DNA of 64,000 nt. Source: Eledone cirrhosa. Taxonomy: Eukaryota. This document shows, in pieces, positions 26,779 through 39,487 of the stretch. The DNA lies in contig OZ024745.1 in assembly GCA_964016885.1 (NCBI GenBank), positions 126,976,001 through 127,040,000 on the forward strand, written 5' to 3'. The notes beneath the pieces are model-generated. The model searched no databases and was not told the DNA's origin. It was given only the letters and a program-made list of their open reading frames with translations. Position 1 is the stretch's first letter. Each line of letters opens with the position of its first letter. Position numbers and translations under genes: made by a program.

Positions 26779-27923
26779 GCCGCTAATTTTTAATTGTTTT
26801 AACGTAGTTTTATTTATTTTATTTTTTCTTTTACTATGAAATATAGTCGAACAAGTTAGACCCCTAGAGAAGGGAAAACGTGTCCGCATTCTTAAAAATA
26901 CGATTGTCTATTATATATTTAAAGAGTAGAGGGGTGTTCCTGACCTATCAAATTTATAATCCGGTTTCGATTACCGATTAGGACAATTTCCCATATCTTA
27001 CGTCACAACTTTTTGTGTATCCCCAATTAAAATAAGCTTCATATTTATGCAAGAAACATTTAATATTTATTTCCTGCTATCATTTGCCTTTCATCCTTAC
27101 ATGGTTGATAAAATAAAGTACCAGTAATGTACTGGGATCGATTTGATCGACTTTCCCCTCCCCCCAAATTGCTGGCCTTGTGCCTATATAAGAAACAATT
27201 ATTATTTTGTTGTTACTATTGCTGTCGTATATAGAGTTACTAATATTACTATAAACTATGTCCGTTATTTTAGGTTGTTGTTGTCTTTTTAGTAAGGTCG
27301 TCTTGACATTTCAATAGATAATTTAAGAGATCACTTAAGTAGAAGAGAGAGAGTGGGGTGGAAACCACAACAATAACACAATAATTAAGTTAATCGTATA
27401 CGTAATGTAGTGCCCGTGTGTAGAGATTATCGTAACTAAATCATGGTTGACCAGAAATATCCCACATTCTCCAGAGAGAGAGAGAGAAAGGAAACAGAGC
27501 TCGTTAAAAGTCGCATCAAATATTAAAACCCCCACTAGAAAATTAGTGGAGAAGATTATTGTCACTGTATATGTAATTGGAGAACTAAAATTAAACAACA
27601 GCTTTTAAACTTTCCTCGCATACAAAATGAAAATAATAATTATAAAAAGCGACAAACTTACACATACATTACCCAGTCTGAAAGTAGCCTTTGGTAAACT
27701 CCGTAATGTTCTTATTGCAAACTAATTTGTAGAATATACTAATTCTGATGTTGCTTCCTATTACAAACCAGAATATATTTACGTTAAATATTGGATGAGA
27801 GAAAAGAATTTTACGAAGTTCACAGGGACAAAAGTTTACCAAATATATAAGTACTGCTTTAGCATGGCCATAGTCAGCAGGCTAAAACCTGTTCAAGAAT
27901 TATACATACTATACATTATATAT

Positions 27924-27977
<54 letters not shown>

Positions 27978-28858
27978 GCAAACTACTTTAGAATGCCTAA
28001 CAAGGGACCAATCCTTAACGTTGATATGGTGATAATTACACTTTTCAATAACAAATATAATAAAGTAAACAGATCCTAAAATTATGTATAGGAGTTAAAA
28101 CGAAAACGGAATAACTAAACAAATATTTCACGGCAAGATAAATAGGGACATATATATATATATATATAAGCAATAGATATTCGACATACGCGACATATGA
28201 TTAAGTATATTGTCTGAGAGTTAGACCGCTCCCTAAGTAACTGGTCAGAAATCTGTGGTGATTCGGACATCTTTTGCCAAATACCATAAAGCAGTGTTGT
28301 TGATATTTCACGTGTGTGTGTTCTTATATCTGTTTTGGATCGATGAAACATCTGTTATAAATGTTTTAAATATCTGCCGATTGTAAATTAAAAGATATCT
28401 TATGCATGTATATTTTTTATAAATTAACAAAAAATTGATGTGCGTAAATAAAATGTTAAAGAAAATAAAGACAAACTAATCGAATTACAAATATATATAT
28501 ATGATCTTACCACTGGAGAGGGTGATATATTTTTCCCACTTCCCTTGATGAGTATTATCAATACCAACAGTACTTCGAATGGTATAAATGTAATCACTTA
28601 GTAAACCTACTAAATAACTCTGAATATACAAAGGGACATAAACTCGTTACATCTTTGGAGAGTTGGTTTTGTTCTTTCTTAATTCATTCCCATTTATGAA
28701 CCGAACCACTTAAAGAGTCAGGCTATCTTATTTGTTTTGTATCGCAATTTTATTTTCGTATCGAGATAACTGCATTAGACGTGGGTATTCCATTACGTTC
28801 TATTGTCTTAGTTTTACTGCAGGATTCAATAGGAAATGTCAGTGCAAGTCTGTGTGCG

Positions 28859-28902
<44 letters not shown>

Positions 28903-29004
28903 TAGCCTGCATTCCACACATACACATACATTTCCACCAACCCTTCCATAGTGTGATAGATCAACAGCCTAATGTTGTAACATGGTAGGGATGGTACCAC
29001 GATA

Positions 29005-29875
29005 CAAAGTACCCAGTCCACCCTGTAAGCTGGCATTGCTGGTGCCATGATAAAAAAAGCACCCAGTACACCTAATGAGGTGGTAGTGTTGGTACTACAG
29101 CAAAAGGTACCCAGACCACCCTGTAAGCTGGTAGTGCTGGTATCACAGCAAAAGCTCCCAGTTTACACTAAAGCAGTAGTGTTGAGGCCACAACAAAAAG
29201 CATTCAGTCCACCCTGTAAGGCGGTAGTGTTGGTGCCACAACAAAAAGTACCCAGTCCACCTTGTATGGTGGTAGTGCTGGTGCCACAACAAAAAGTACC
29301 CAATTCACTTTGTGAGGTGGTAGTGTCACAACAAAAAGTATCCAGTTCACCCTGTAAGCTGGTAGTGTTGATGTCACAAAAAAAAGCTCCCAGTCTACAC
29401 TAAGGTGGTAATGCTGGTGCCTCGACAACAAGTATCCAGTTCACCCTGTAAGCTGGTAGTGTTGATGTCACAAAAAAAGCTCCCAGTCTACACTGTAAGG
29501 TGGTAGTGGTAGTGCCACAACAAAAAGTACCCAGTCTACCTTGTAAGGTGGTAGTGCTGGTGTCATGACAAAAAGTACCCAGTTCACCCTGTGAGGCGGT
29601 AATGCTGGTGTCACAAAAAAGCTCCCAGTCAACCCTATAAGGTGGTAGTGCTGGTGTCACATAAAAAAAAACTACCCAGTCCACCCTGTAAGGTTGATAA
29701 AAACAAAAAAAAGTACCAAGTCCAGTCCAGTCAGTAGAAACCAAGCCCAAAACAGAACATATAAGCAGGATATGATCACCTGACTGTCTGTCCTTGAAAT
29801 CTAACTTATGTAGGCATGGAAAATAGATGTTAAAATGCTCCCAGTCCACCCTGGAAGGTGGTTGGCATTAAGAAA
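29005..29875 (+). repeat. ~48-bp tandem array (~15 copies) formed by the internal unit of SINE family B
   Basis: Units AAAAGTACCCAGTCCACCCTGTAAGGTGGTAGTGCTGGTGCCACAAC, followed by SINE-B tail-like segments. Confidence 0.85.
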
Positions 29876-30077
29876 GGCACCCATCTAAAGATGTCTCATA
29901 AGAACAAGGCATGTTCATCTGACTTTTCTAGTTTCATATTGTGACAGTTTGTCCAATCCAGAGCTCTTCATAGTGACAGTGTCCAACAGATATAATAAAT
30001 TGACAGTGCCAGAGGATGATATTTCAGAAGAATATGGGAAATTCAGTGAAAACTAATAAAGAGGCTGCTGGAAAGCT

Positions 30078-30427
30078 TCTTCTTCTTGTCATGTCCACAA
30101 GAATCAATTATAAAGCTTGGCTAAATGTGGTTCTGCCACAGCTGAACTGCTGTCCTTTCTCATTAAACTCCAATGCTGTGCAGGGGTGTTCCAGCAGGGG
30201 GCATATCAGGAGGTGCTGTGTAGTCTGTGGTTCGATGCCACAGGCACACACAATATCCCCAACCTTTAAATATCCTCATTTTGCAAGATTGACTTTTGGA
30301 CATCCAACACCAGATCTTCGTTTGTTTCGGCATTTCCACACTGCATAGTTTGTATCTGCTCCAGGGGTCAGTGCCTCGCTTGCCTTTAGCTCCCTTATTG
30401 TTACAGATGCGAGGTTGTTACGTTTTT
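30078..30427 (-). mobile_element. I-group (Ingi/Vingi-like) LINE 3' end
   Basis: Encodes WKCRNKRRSGVG...CACGIEPQTTQHLLICP (CCHC knuckle) and has a (GAA)n tail. Imperfect 13-bp TSD CTGCTGGAAAGCT (30065) and CTGCTGAAATGCT (30428). Confidence 0.75.
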
Positions 30428-30463
30428 CTGCTGAAATGCTAATTCCATGGAAGAGGTAAGATA

Positions 30464-30769
30464 TCTTTCTTTATTTGCCACAGGGGCGTACAAAACTGGG
30501 ACATTACAAGACGTGACGGCGGGGGTTTTACATAAAAATCATATAACTTTAACAATGAATAACAATGAACCATATATAATAAAATAACAATTGAAATCCT
30601 CAATGGGGCGTTACTGCAGGGTTGTTTTACACCCCGTGGATAGAACAACCCTCAACACCAGGAAGACGTTTTTGGAGGTGGTCCCATCTTCCCTCTGTTT
30701 ATCTTCCCTGAACCTACAGGTTTAAATACAGAGAAGGCCCATTCACTCGGGCCATTTTCACTACATTCA
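30464..30769 (-). mobile_element. 5'-truncated non-LTR retroposon 3' end (family uncertain)
   Basis: Perfect 18-bp TSD CATGGAAGAGGTAAGATA at 30446-30463 and 30770-30787. The minus-strand end is GGCAAATAAAGAAAGA. Confidence 0.75.
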
Positions 30770-30901
30770 CATGGAAGAGGTAAGATAGACAGATGGACAT
30801 TGCTAATGATGAACATGTTGATGCAACTAGAAGAAAAAGGTACAAGTTGCTTTCTCCAAATACTAAACAACACCAATCTCAGAAAATCAAGGCAAACTTC
30901 A

Positions 30902-33900
30902 ATACAACAGTACAAAAGGGGGGAAGTTAACACAACTCTATATAACAGTACAAAAGGGGGGGAAGTTAATACAACTCTATACAACAGTACAAAAGGAGGG
31001 AAGTTAACACAACTCTATACAACAGTACAAAAGGGGGGAAGCTAATACAACTCTATATAACAGTACAAAAGGGGGGAAGTTAATACAACTCTATACAACA
31101 GTACAAAAGGGGGGAAGCTAATACAACTCTATATAACAGTACAAAAGGGGGGAAGTTAACACAACTCTATACAACAGTACAAAAGGGGGGAAGCTAATAC
31201 AACTCTATATAACAGTACAAAAGGAGGGAAGTTAACACAACTCTATATAACAGTACAAAAGGGGGAAGTTAATACAACTCTATACAACAGTACAAAAGGG
31301 GGGAAGCTAATACAACTCTATATAACAGTACAAAAGGGGGGAAGTTAACACAACTCTATACAACAGTACAAAAGGGGGGAAGCTAATACAACTCTATATA
31401 ACAGTACAAAAGGGGGGAAGTTAACACAACTCTATACAACAGTACAAAAGGGGGGAAGCTAATACAACTCTATATAACAGTACAAAAGGAGGGAAGTTAA
31501 CACAACTCTATATAACAGTACAAAAGGGGGAAGTTAATACAACTCTATATAACAGTACAAAAGGGGGGAAGTTAATACAACTCTATATAACAGTACAAAA
31601 GGGGGGAAGTTAATACAACTCTATATAACAGTACAAAAGGAGGGAAGTTAACACAACTCTATATAATTACAAAAGGGGGGAAGTTAATACAACTCTATAT
31701 AACAGTACAAAAGGGGGGAAGTTAACACAACTCTATATAACAGTACAAAAGGGGGGAAGTTAATACAACTCTATATAATTACAAAAGGGGGGAAGTTAAT
31801 ACAACTCTATATAACAGTACAAAAGGGGGGAAGTTAACACAACTCTATATAACAGTACAAAAGGGGGGAAGTTAATACAACTCTATATAACAGTACAAAA
31901 GGGGGGAAGTTAATACAACTCTATACAACAGTACAAAAGGGGGGAAGTTAATACAACTCTATATAACAGTACAAAAGGGGGAAGTTAATACAACTCTATA
32001 TAACAGTACAAAAGGGGGGAAGTTAATACAACTCTATATAACAGTACAAAAGGGGGGAAGTTAATACAACTCTATATAACAGTACAAAAGGAGGGAAGTT
32101 AACACAACTCTATATAATTACAAAAGGGGGGAAGTTAATACAACTCTATATAACAGTACAAAAGGGGGGAAGTTAACACAACTCTATATAACAGTACAAA
32201 AGGGGGGAAGTTAATACAACTCTATATAATTACAAAAGGGGGGAAGTTAATACAACTCTATATAACAGTACAAAAGGGGGGAAGTTAACACAACTCTATA
32301 TAACAGTACAAAAGGGGGGAAGTTAATACAACTCTATATAACAGTACAAAAGGGGGGAAGCTAATACAACTCTATACAACAGTACAAAAGGGGGGAAGTT
32401 AATACAACTCTATATAATTACAAAAGGGGGGAAGTTAATACAACTCTATATAACAGTACAAAAGGAGGGAAGTTAACACAACTCTATATAATTACAAAAG
32501 GGGGGAAGTTAATACAACTCTATATAACAGTACAAAAGGGGGGAAGTTAACACAACTCTATATAACAGTACAAAAGGGGGGAAGTTAATACAACTCTATA
32601 TAATTACAAAAGGGGGGAAGTTAATACAACTCTATATAACAGTACAAAAGGGGGGAAGTTAACACAACTCTATATAACAGTACAAAAGGGGGAAGTTAAT
32701 ACAACTCTATATAACAGTACAAAAGGGGGGAAGCTAATACAACTCTATACAACAGTACAAAAGGGGGGAAGTTAATACAACTCTATATAATTACAAAAGG
32801 GGGGAAGTTAATACAACTCTATATAACAGTACAAAAGGGGGGAAGTTAACACAACTCTATATAACAGTACAAAAGGGGGGAAGTTAATACAACTCTATAT
32901 AATTACAAAAGGGGGGAAGTTAATACAACTCTATATAACAGTACAAAAGGGGGGAAGTTAACACAACTCTATACAACAGTACAAAAGGAGGGAAGTTAAT
33001 ACAACTCTATATAACAGTACAAAAGGAGGAAGTTAATACAACTCTATATAGCAGTACAAAAGGGGGGAAGCTAATACAACTCTATATAACAGTACAAAAG
33101 GAGGGAAGTTAACACAACTCTATACAACAGTACAAAAGGAGGGAAGTTAATACAACTCTATATAACAGTACAAAAGGAGGAAGTTAATACAACTCTATAT
33201 AGCAGTACAAAAGGGGCAAGCTAATACAACTCTATACAACAGTACAAAAGGGGGAAGTTAACACAACTCTATATAACAGTACAAAAGGGGGGAAGCTAAT
33301 ACAACTCTATATAACAGTACAAAAGGAGGGAAGTTAACACAATTCTATACAACAGTACAAAAGGGGGGAAGTTAACACAACTCTATATAACAGTACAAAA
33401 GGGGGAAGCTAATACAACTCTATATAACAGTACAAAAGGGGGAAGCTAATACAACTCTATATAACAGTACAATAGGGGGAAGTTAATACAACTCTATATA
33501 ACAGTACAAAAGGAGGGAAGTTAACACAACTCTATACAACAGTACAAAAGGGGGGAAGTTAACACAACTCTATATAACAGTACAATAGGGGGAAGTTAAT
33601 ACAACTCTATATAACAGTACAATAGGGGGAAGTTAATACAACTCTATATAACAGTACAATAGGGGGAAGCTAATACAACTCTATATAACAGTACAAAAGG
33701 GGGGAAGCTAATACAACTCTATATAACAGTACAAAAGGGGGGAAGCTAATACAACTCTATATAACAGTACAAAAGGGTGGAAGCTAATACAACTCTATAT
33801 AACAGTACAAAAGGGGGGAAGTTAATACAACTCTATATAACAGTACAATAGGGGGAAGTTAATACAACTCTATATAACAGTACAAAAGGGGGGAAGCTAA

Positions 33901-35577
33901 TACAACTCTATATAACAGTACAAAAGGGGGGAAGTTAATACAACTCTATATAACAGTACAAAAGGGGGGAAGCTAATACAACTCTATATAACAGTACAAA
34001 AGGGGGGAAGCTAATACAACTCTATATAACAGTACAAAAGGGGGAAGTTAACACAACTCTATATAACAGTACAAAAGGGGGGAAGTTAATACAACTCTAT
34101 ATAACAGTACAAAAGGAGGGAAGCTAATACAACTATATAACAGTACAAAAGGGGGGAAGCTAATACAACTCTATATAACAGTACAAAAGGGGGGAAGCTA
34201 ATACAACTCTATATAACAGTACAAAAGGGGGGAAGCTAATACAACTCTATATAACAGTACAAAAGGGGGGAAGCTAATACAACTCTATATAACAGTACAA
34301 AAGGAGGGAAGCTAATACAACTATATAACAGTACAAAAGGGGGGAAGCTAATACAACTCTATATAACAGTACAAAAGGGGGAAGTTAATACAACTCTATA
34401 CATATACAAAAGGGGGGAAGTTAACACAACTCTATATAACAGTACAAAAGGTAGGGAAGTTAATACAACTCTATATAACAGTACAAAAGGGGGAAGTTAA
34501 TACAACTCTATATAACAGTACAAAAGGAGGGAAGTTAACACAACTCTATATAACAGTACAATAGGGGGGAAGTTAATACAACTCTATATAACAGTACAAA
34601 AGGGGGAAGTTAATACAACTCTATATAACAGTACAAAAGGGGGAAGTTAATACAACTCTATATAACAGTACAAAAGGTGGAAGTTAATACAACTCTATAT
34701 AACAGTACAAAAGGGGGGAAGTTAATACAACTCTATATAACAGTACAAAAGGGGGAAGTTAATACAACTCTATATAACAGTACAAAAGGGGGAAGTTAAT
34801 ACAACTCTATATAACAGTACAAAAGGAGGGAAGTTAACACAACTCTATATAACAGTACAAAAGGGGCAAGTTAATACAACTCTATATAACAGTACAAAAG
34901 GAGGGAAGTTAACACAACTCTATATAACAGTACAAAAGGGGGAAGTTAATACAACTCTATATAACAGTACAAAAGGAGGGAAGTTAACACAACTCTATAT
35001 AATTACAAAAGGAGGGAAGTTAACACAACTCTATATAACAGTACAAAAGGGGGAAGTTAATACAACTCTATATAACAGTACAAAAGGAGGGAAGTTAACA
35101 CAACTCTATACAACAGTACAAAAGGGGGAAGTTAACACAACTCTATACAACAGTACAAAAGGGGGGAAGCTAATACAATTCTATACAACAGTACAAAAGG
35201 GGGAAGTTAATACAACTCTATATAACAGTACAATAGGGGGGAAGTTAATACAACTCTATATAACAGTACAAAAGGGGGGAAGTTAATACAACTCTATATA
35301 ACAGTACAAAAGGGGGGAAGCTAATACAACTCTATATAACAGTACAAAAGGAGGGGGAAGTTAACACAACTCTATATAACAGTACAAAAGGGGGGAAGTT
35401 AACACAACTCTATATAACAGTACAAAAGGGGGGAAGTTAATACAACTCTATATAACTGTACAAAAGGGAGGAAGTTAACACAACTCTATATAACAGTACA
35501 AAAGGGGGTTGTTAACACAACTCTATATAACAGTACAAAAGGGGGAAGCTAATACAACTCTATATAACAGTACAAAA
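30902..35577. repeat. 38-bp satellite array, ~4.7 kb (~123 units)
   Basis: Head-to-tail unit AACAGTACAAAAGGGGGGAAGTTAATACAACTCTATAT with few variant positions. Confidence 0.98.
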
Positions 35578-35599
35578 CGTAGAAACAATTATATTATAT

Positions 35600-35637
<38 letters not shown>

Positions 35638-35789
35638 CACTCACTGTAAATGAGGTTGGTGTTAAGAAGGGCATCCAGCTGTAGAAATCAAACTAGAATC
35701 AGTTCCCGTCCCACCCTTGCAAGCAGGGAAAAGTGGACGTAAAATGAAATGAAATGAAATGATGATATATATATATAATTTGTTGTTGA

Positions 35790-36163
35790 ATTTGTTTTGC
35801 GAGATTTCTTATCTGAAAACATGTTGAAACAAATATTGTTATACAAAACAAATTAAACAAACACATATAGAACAAACACACCCGGATGTAATGGATATGC
35901 AAATTAAGCACACAACATACAACACACAAAAACGAGATGGTGTCGGACAGAAGAAAGGAGAGACACATAAAATAAAAACCTAGTTACTGAGGAGGTCACA
36001 GAATGTGTGACAAAAGAGCTTTGACAATATATAAACAATCTTCCAGTTATTAAACTAACCAACCAGTCAGCCAACTAGAAATGTATAATAAATTGAAGTG
36101 AAAACTAACAAGTGTGTGTGTGTTTTTATTGGCAACATGAGCCTCCCAAAGTATAACAATATA
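35790..36163. mobile_element. MITE-like element with ATATTGTTATAC / GTATAACAATAT inverted motifs
   Basis: Inverted 12-mers near 35833 and 36151. Related pieces at 59500-59570 and 61988-62165. All abut (TA)n. Confidence 0.55.
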
Positions 36164-36176
36164 TACATATGTATAT

Positions 36177-36362
36177 ATATGAAAAGATTCAGGACCCCGA
36201 CGGCTGAGCTCTGGCTGTTTCAACAGTGGATCTAGCTGTCGAAACAGCCGGAGCTCAGCTGTCGGGTCCTGAATCTTTTCATATCACCCACTCTACTACC
36301 CTAAGTATCAAGTACTCTGGTGGGTTATGGTCTAGCTGGTTTTTACCACACCCTATTTGATA
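36177..36362 (+). mobile_element. Fold-back fragment of a Penelope-like terminal repeat
   Basis: 108-bp hairpin at 36177-36284 containing GAAACAGC...GCTGTC, the 3' half of a hammerhead. Embedded in (TA)n. Confidence 0.5.
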
Positions 36363-36387
36363 TATATATATAATATATATTTATATA

Positions 36388-36444
<57 letters not shown>

Positions 36445-36449
<5 letters not shown>

Positions 36450-38270
36450 GAATAAAATAACAGGAGGCTGGACTGGTGTAAATCCTTGAAAGGTTTATTA
36501 TACTATGATCATTTCAATGATCGGGTTCCGTGTGAATCCGGTGATATCATCAGGTATTCGAAATATAACAAAGGAATATATAAAAATCCATGGGTTCGAA
36601 AATCAGAGACAGAGAGGATGACCGACCAACTAGCTGTTTTCACCTTGGTCAGTCGCCCTCAAGTGATGGCTATTCGGTCTACTATTGACCATCTGGTGAA
36701 GGGGCGAAGGCTTATAGTGTACTACCACCTCTCCGTCAGAGAATAAAAAAAGAGAAGAAAGAAAGAAAGAAGAAAAGTCAGTGTAAGGGTCACACTACAG
36801 CCAGGCAAGAAAACGCCACGCAAAATGTTATTCCAAAGAACCCATATTTTAACAAAGGCATATATAATGGGTGTCTGTATGGTCAAATGTGTGAACAGAA
36901 AATTGGAACGTTAACTTATGTTAAAAGTTAAAGGATGAAATTAAATTAAAAGTTTAAAAAATTAAGAGTTAAAAGAAATTTTTAAAATAATTAGAAAATT
37001 AATAGAAAATTAAAGGTTTGTGTTGCGGGATTTATTTAATTAAACTACAGAGAGAGTCTTATATGAAAAAGTTTAAGTGTATTATTGGGAATCCCTATAA
37101 GTTATCAAGGTATGATATAGAGTAAAGATAAAAGCCTTCGATTGTAAATCCCAGCCAGCACCTCCTAACCACGTGTCAGCCAGTTTCGAGTGGTATCGTC
37201 TAGCGAAAGAAATGGAAATTAATTTTTCCGAGTACTCTAGGAACGTGACTGCCATAGGCTTCGAGTGTGCTAGCGGGAAGTCTACCATCTTCGACAGGCC
37301 ATCGTCTATACCAAATGAATACTATTAATTCACACAGGAGGGGTTTATTTACGTGCCAGTAGAGGGAAGCATGATACAGCTAACTGTTATGCCTAAGCCC
37401 AGAGTTTATAGGTATAAGTATAATATGGCGGTCGAAACAGGTAGCACGGCGGGCCCCCGGGGCAAATCCAACCGTTCCGAGTAATTTCATTTACCGAAAG
37501 AGGGGAAATTTATTTTTCCAAGCACTCAAGGAAGGCTGAACTTTCCGAGCGCCCGGCGCACAACAGGGAGAGCCACCACATCAGTCGAAAGTGGTAAAAC
37601 CCAATGAAAATAGACTATAATTATTTTTAAGTCCCAGTTAGTCCGGGTTATAAGTAGTGTGGTTCTTTGGTGGGTAGGGAACTATGAAAGGTGCATAAAG
37701 ACCTGAGTAAGGAATAATAAGCAGAAAATCACAAATAAATAAAAGCAGGATACAAAGATACATTAATAAAGTAAAAAGTAAAAATTAAAATACATAAATA
37801 AATAAAACGCCGTCATAGCTAGGGTAGTGATGTAGTGAGACGGAGGAAGTATATAAGAACATATCGGAGGAATCAAAGCAAAGGGGAAATACAAAATAGA
37901 TCAAGTTGCAGTAAGATAATACAAGGTTATACCTATAGATATAGAGGATGGAAGAGATGGAATGGTATCAGGTTGTACCTAGTGTAGGTTCGGGTACCAG
38001 AACTCAGTGTGAATCACAAAAAGTCCTGAAGTATAGAGTAGAGAGTTCAGTCAATACAATACATGCTTAAGTATAATACGTAGAATTATATCGGAATCTG
38101 AATATTCCCGAAAAGGAAGCAGCATTGGATCGGGTGGGCAGTAGACAAAGCAGAGAGCAGCCAAAATCTGAATGATCAGTTAATCCCATGCTGGCAATAG
38201 CTGTACACTGAAGTCAGTGCCGCTGTTCAATATTACATCTGAAAGTGCTCAACATTATCGGAGCATTATT
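36445..38270 (-). mobile_element. Unclassified ~1.8-kb element ending in a hammerhead-like motif, AATAAA and (TA)n (Penelope-like)
   Basis: CpG-retaining block with no long ORF. The minus-strand end reads ATAC-CTGATGA-hairpin-GAAATGATCATA-GTAT-AATAAA. Confidence 0.45.
36500..36557 (-). ncRNA. Degenerate type I hammerhead ribozyme motif
   Basis: Stem I ATAC/GTAT, core CTGATGA and GAAA, palindromic stem III ATGATCAT, AUA cleavage triplet. Stem II pairs at 9 of 13 positions. Confidence 0.5.
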
Positions 38271-38459
38271 TATTTCAAATCCCGCCGAGGTTGACTTTGC
38301 CTTTCATCCTTACGGGGTCGATAAAATAAAGTACCAGTAATGCACTGGGTAATTGCTGGCCTTGTGCCTAAAGTAGAAACAATTATTTATTTAGGTTTGT
38401 TGGTTCACCACCGGATAGAATTGGTCATTCCATATGGTCAATCTTATATATATGCATAT

Positions 38460-38805
38460 ATCATCATCATCATCATCATCATTTTACGTCCGCTTTTCCC
38501 TGCTTGCAAGGGTGGGATGGGAACTGATTCTGGCTTGATTTCTACAGCTGGATGCCCTTCCTAACACCAACCTCATTTACAGTGAGTGCTGGGTGCTTTT
38601 TTGCCGTGGCACCTCCACGACCACTTTGCAGTGGAATGATATGGATCCCAGTCCCTATCATCTCATTTCTACAGCTGAGTAAACTGGAGCAATATGAAAT
38701 AAAGTGTCTTGCTCAAGGAAACAACACATAACTCGGTCTGAGAATTGAACTCACAACCTTTCAATTGCAAGGCCAATGCTCTAACCACTAAGCCATGTGC
38801 CTCCA
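38460..38805 (-). mobile_element. SINE family B, full length
   Basis: Reverse complement of the 10359 and 40978 copies at high identity. Confidence 0.9.
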
Positions 38806-39487
38806 TATATAAACACATACTCTCACACACACACAATGAATAACTAAATTTCTATATATTAATGAATGATAATGTTTCATATTTTTTTTTACATGAAGCT
38901 AAGCTGTAACTGTCTATTATTGGATTGGCAGTATCGATAGAGGGTCAGATGCCATGCTTTGCAGAATAGAGTTAACTTTGCCTTTCACCCTTACGGGATC
39001 GATAAAATAAAGTACCAGTAATGCATTGGGGTAATTGCTGGCCTTGTGCCAAAAGTAGAAACAATTATTATTTTGTTAACTTTTATTTAATTTGAAACCC
39101 TTTAAAAAAATCTTTCTCTTTTCTCATCATTTATTTCCCTATGCCAGATACACTGATACTAATAATAAATGGAAAAACTTTTGTGAATTCATGAAATCAA
39201 ACCTGCACCCCTCCCCCCCCCCCCCCCTGTTAATTATAATTATTGGTTCCTTTGTGTTCGGACCTGGTGTATATGTATATATTCATCATCATCATCACCA
39301 TTTTACATCCATTCTTCCATGCTATCATGGGTTAGACAAGTTGTCCTATTGTGGGTAATGCTAGGTGAGGTGACCATGACATTTTTATACAGAACTGATT
39401 TTGGCTTGGTTTCTACAGCTGGTTTCTAACATCAACCTCATTTACAGTGTGGACTGGGTGCTTTTTGTCAGGATGTCTACATGACCA

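Larger units (their letters stand above)
29975..30901 (+). mobile_element. RTE-like host fragment (EN-RT linker) carrying two nested insertions
   Basis: Encodes NRYNKLTVPEDDISEEYGKF...KEAA and resumes after the inserts as ANDEHVDATRRK/VQVAFSKY. Confidence 0.5.

Noticed and set aside
26848-26895. Possible further hammerhead (CCCTAGAGAAGGGAAAACGTGTC)
   Set aside because: The core does not match CUGANGA and no stem II can form. Too degenerate to support.
30902-35577. CRISPR-like array (repeat length ~38 bp)
   Set aside because: Units are contiguous with no unique spacers, there are no cas genes and the context is eukaryotic. It is a satellite.
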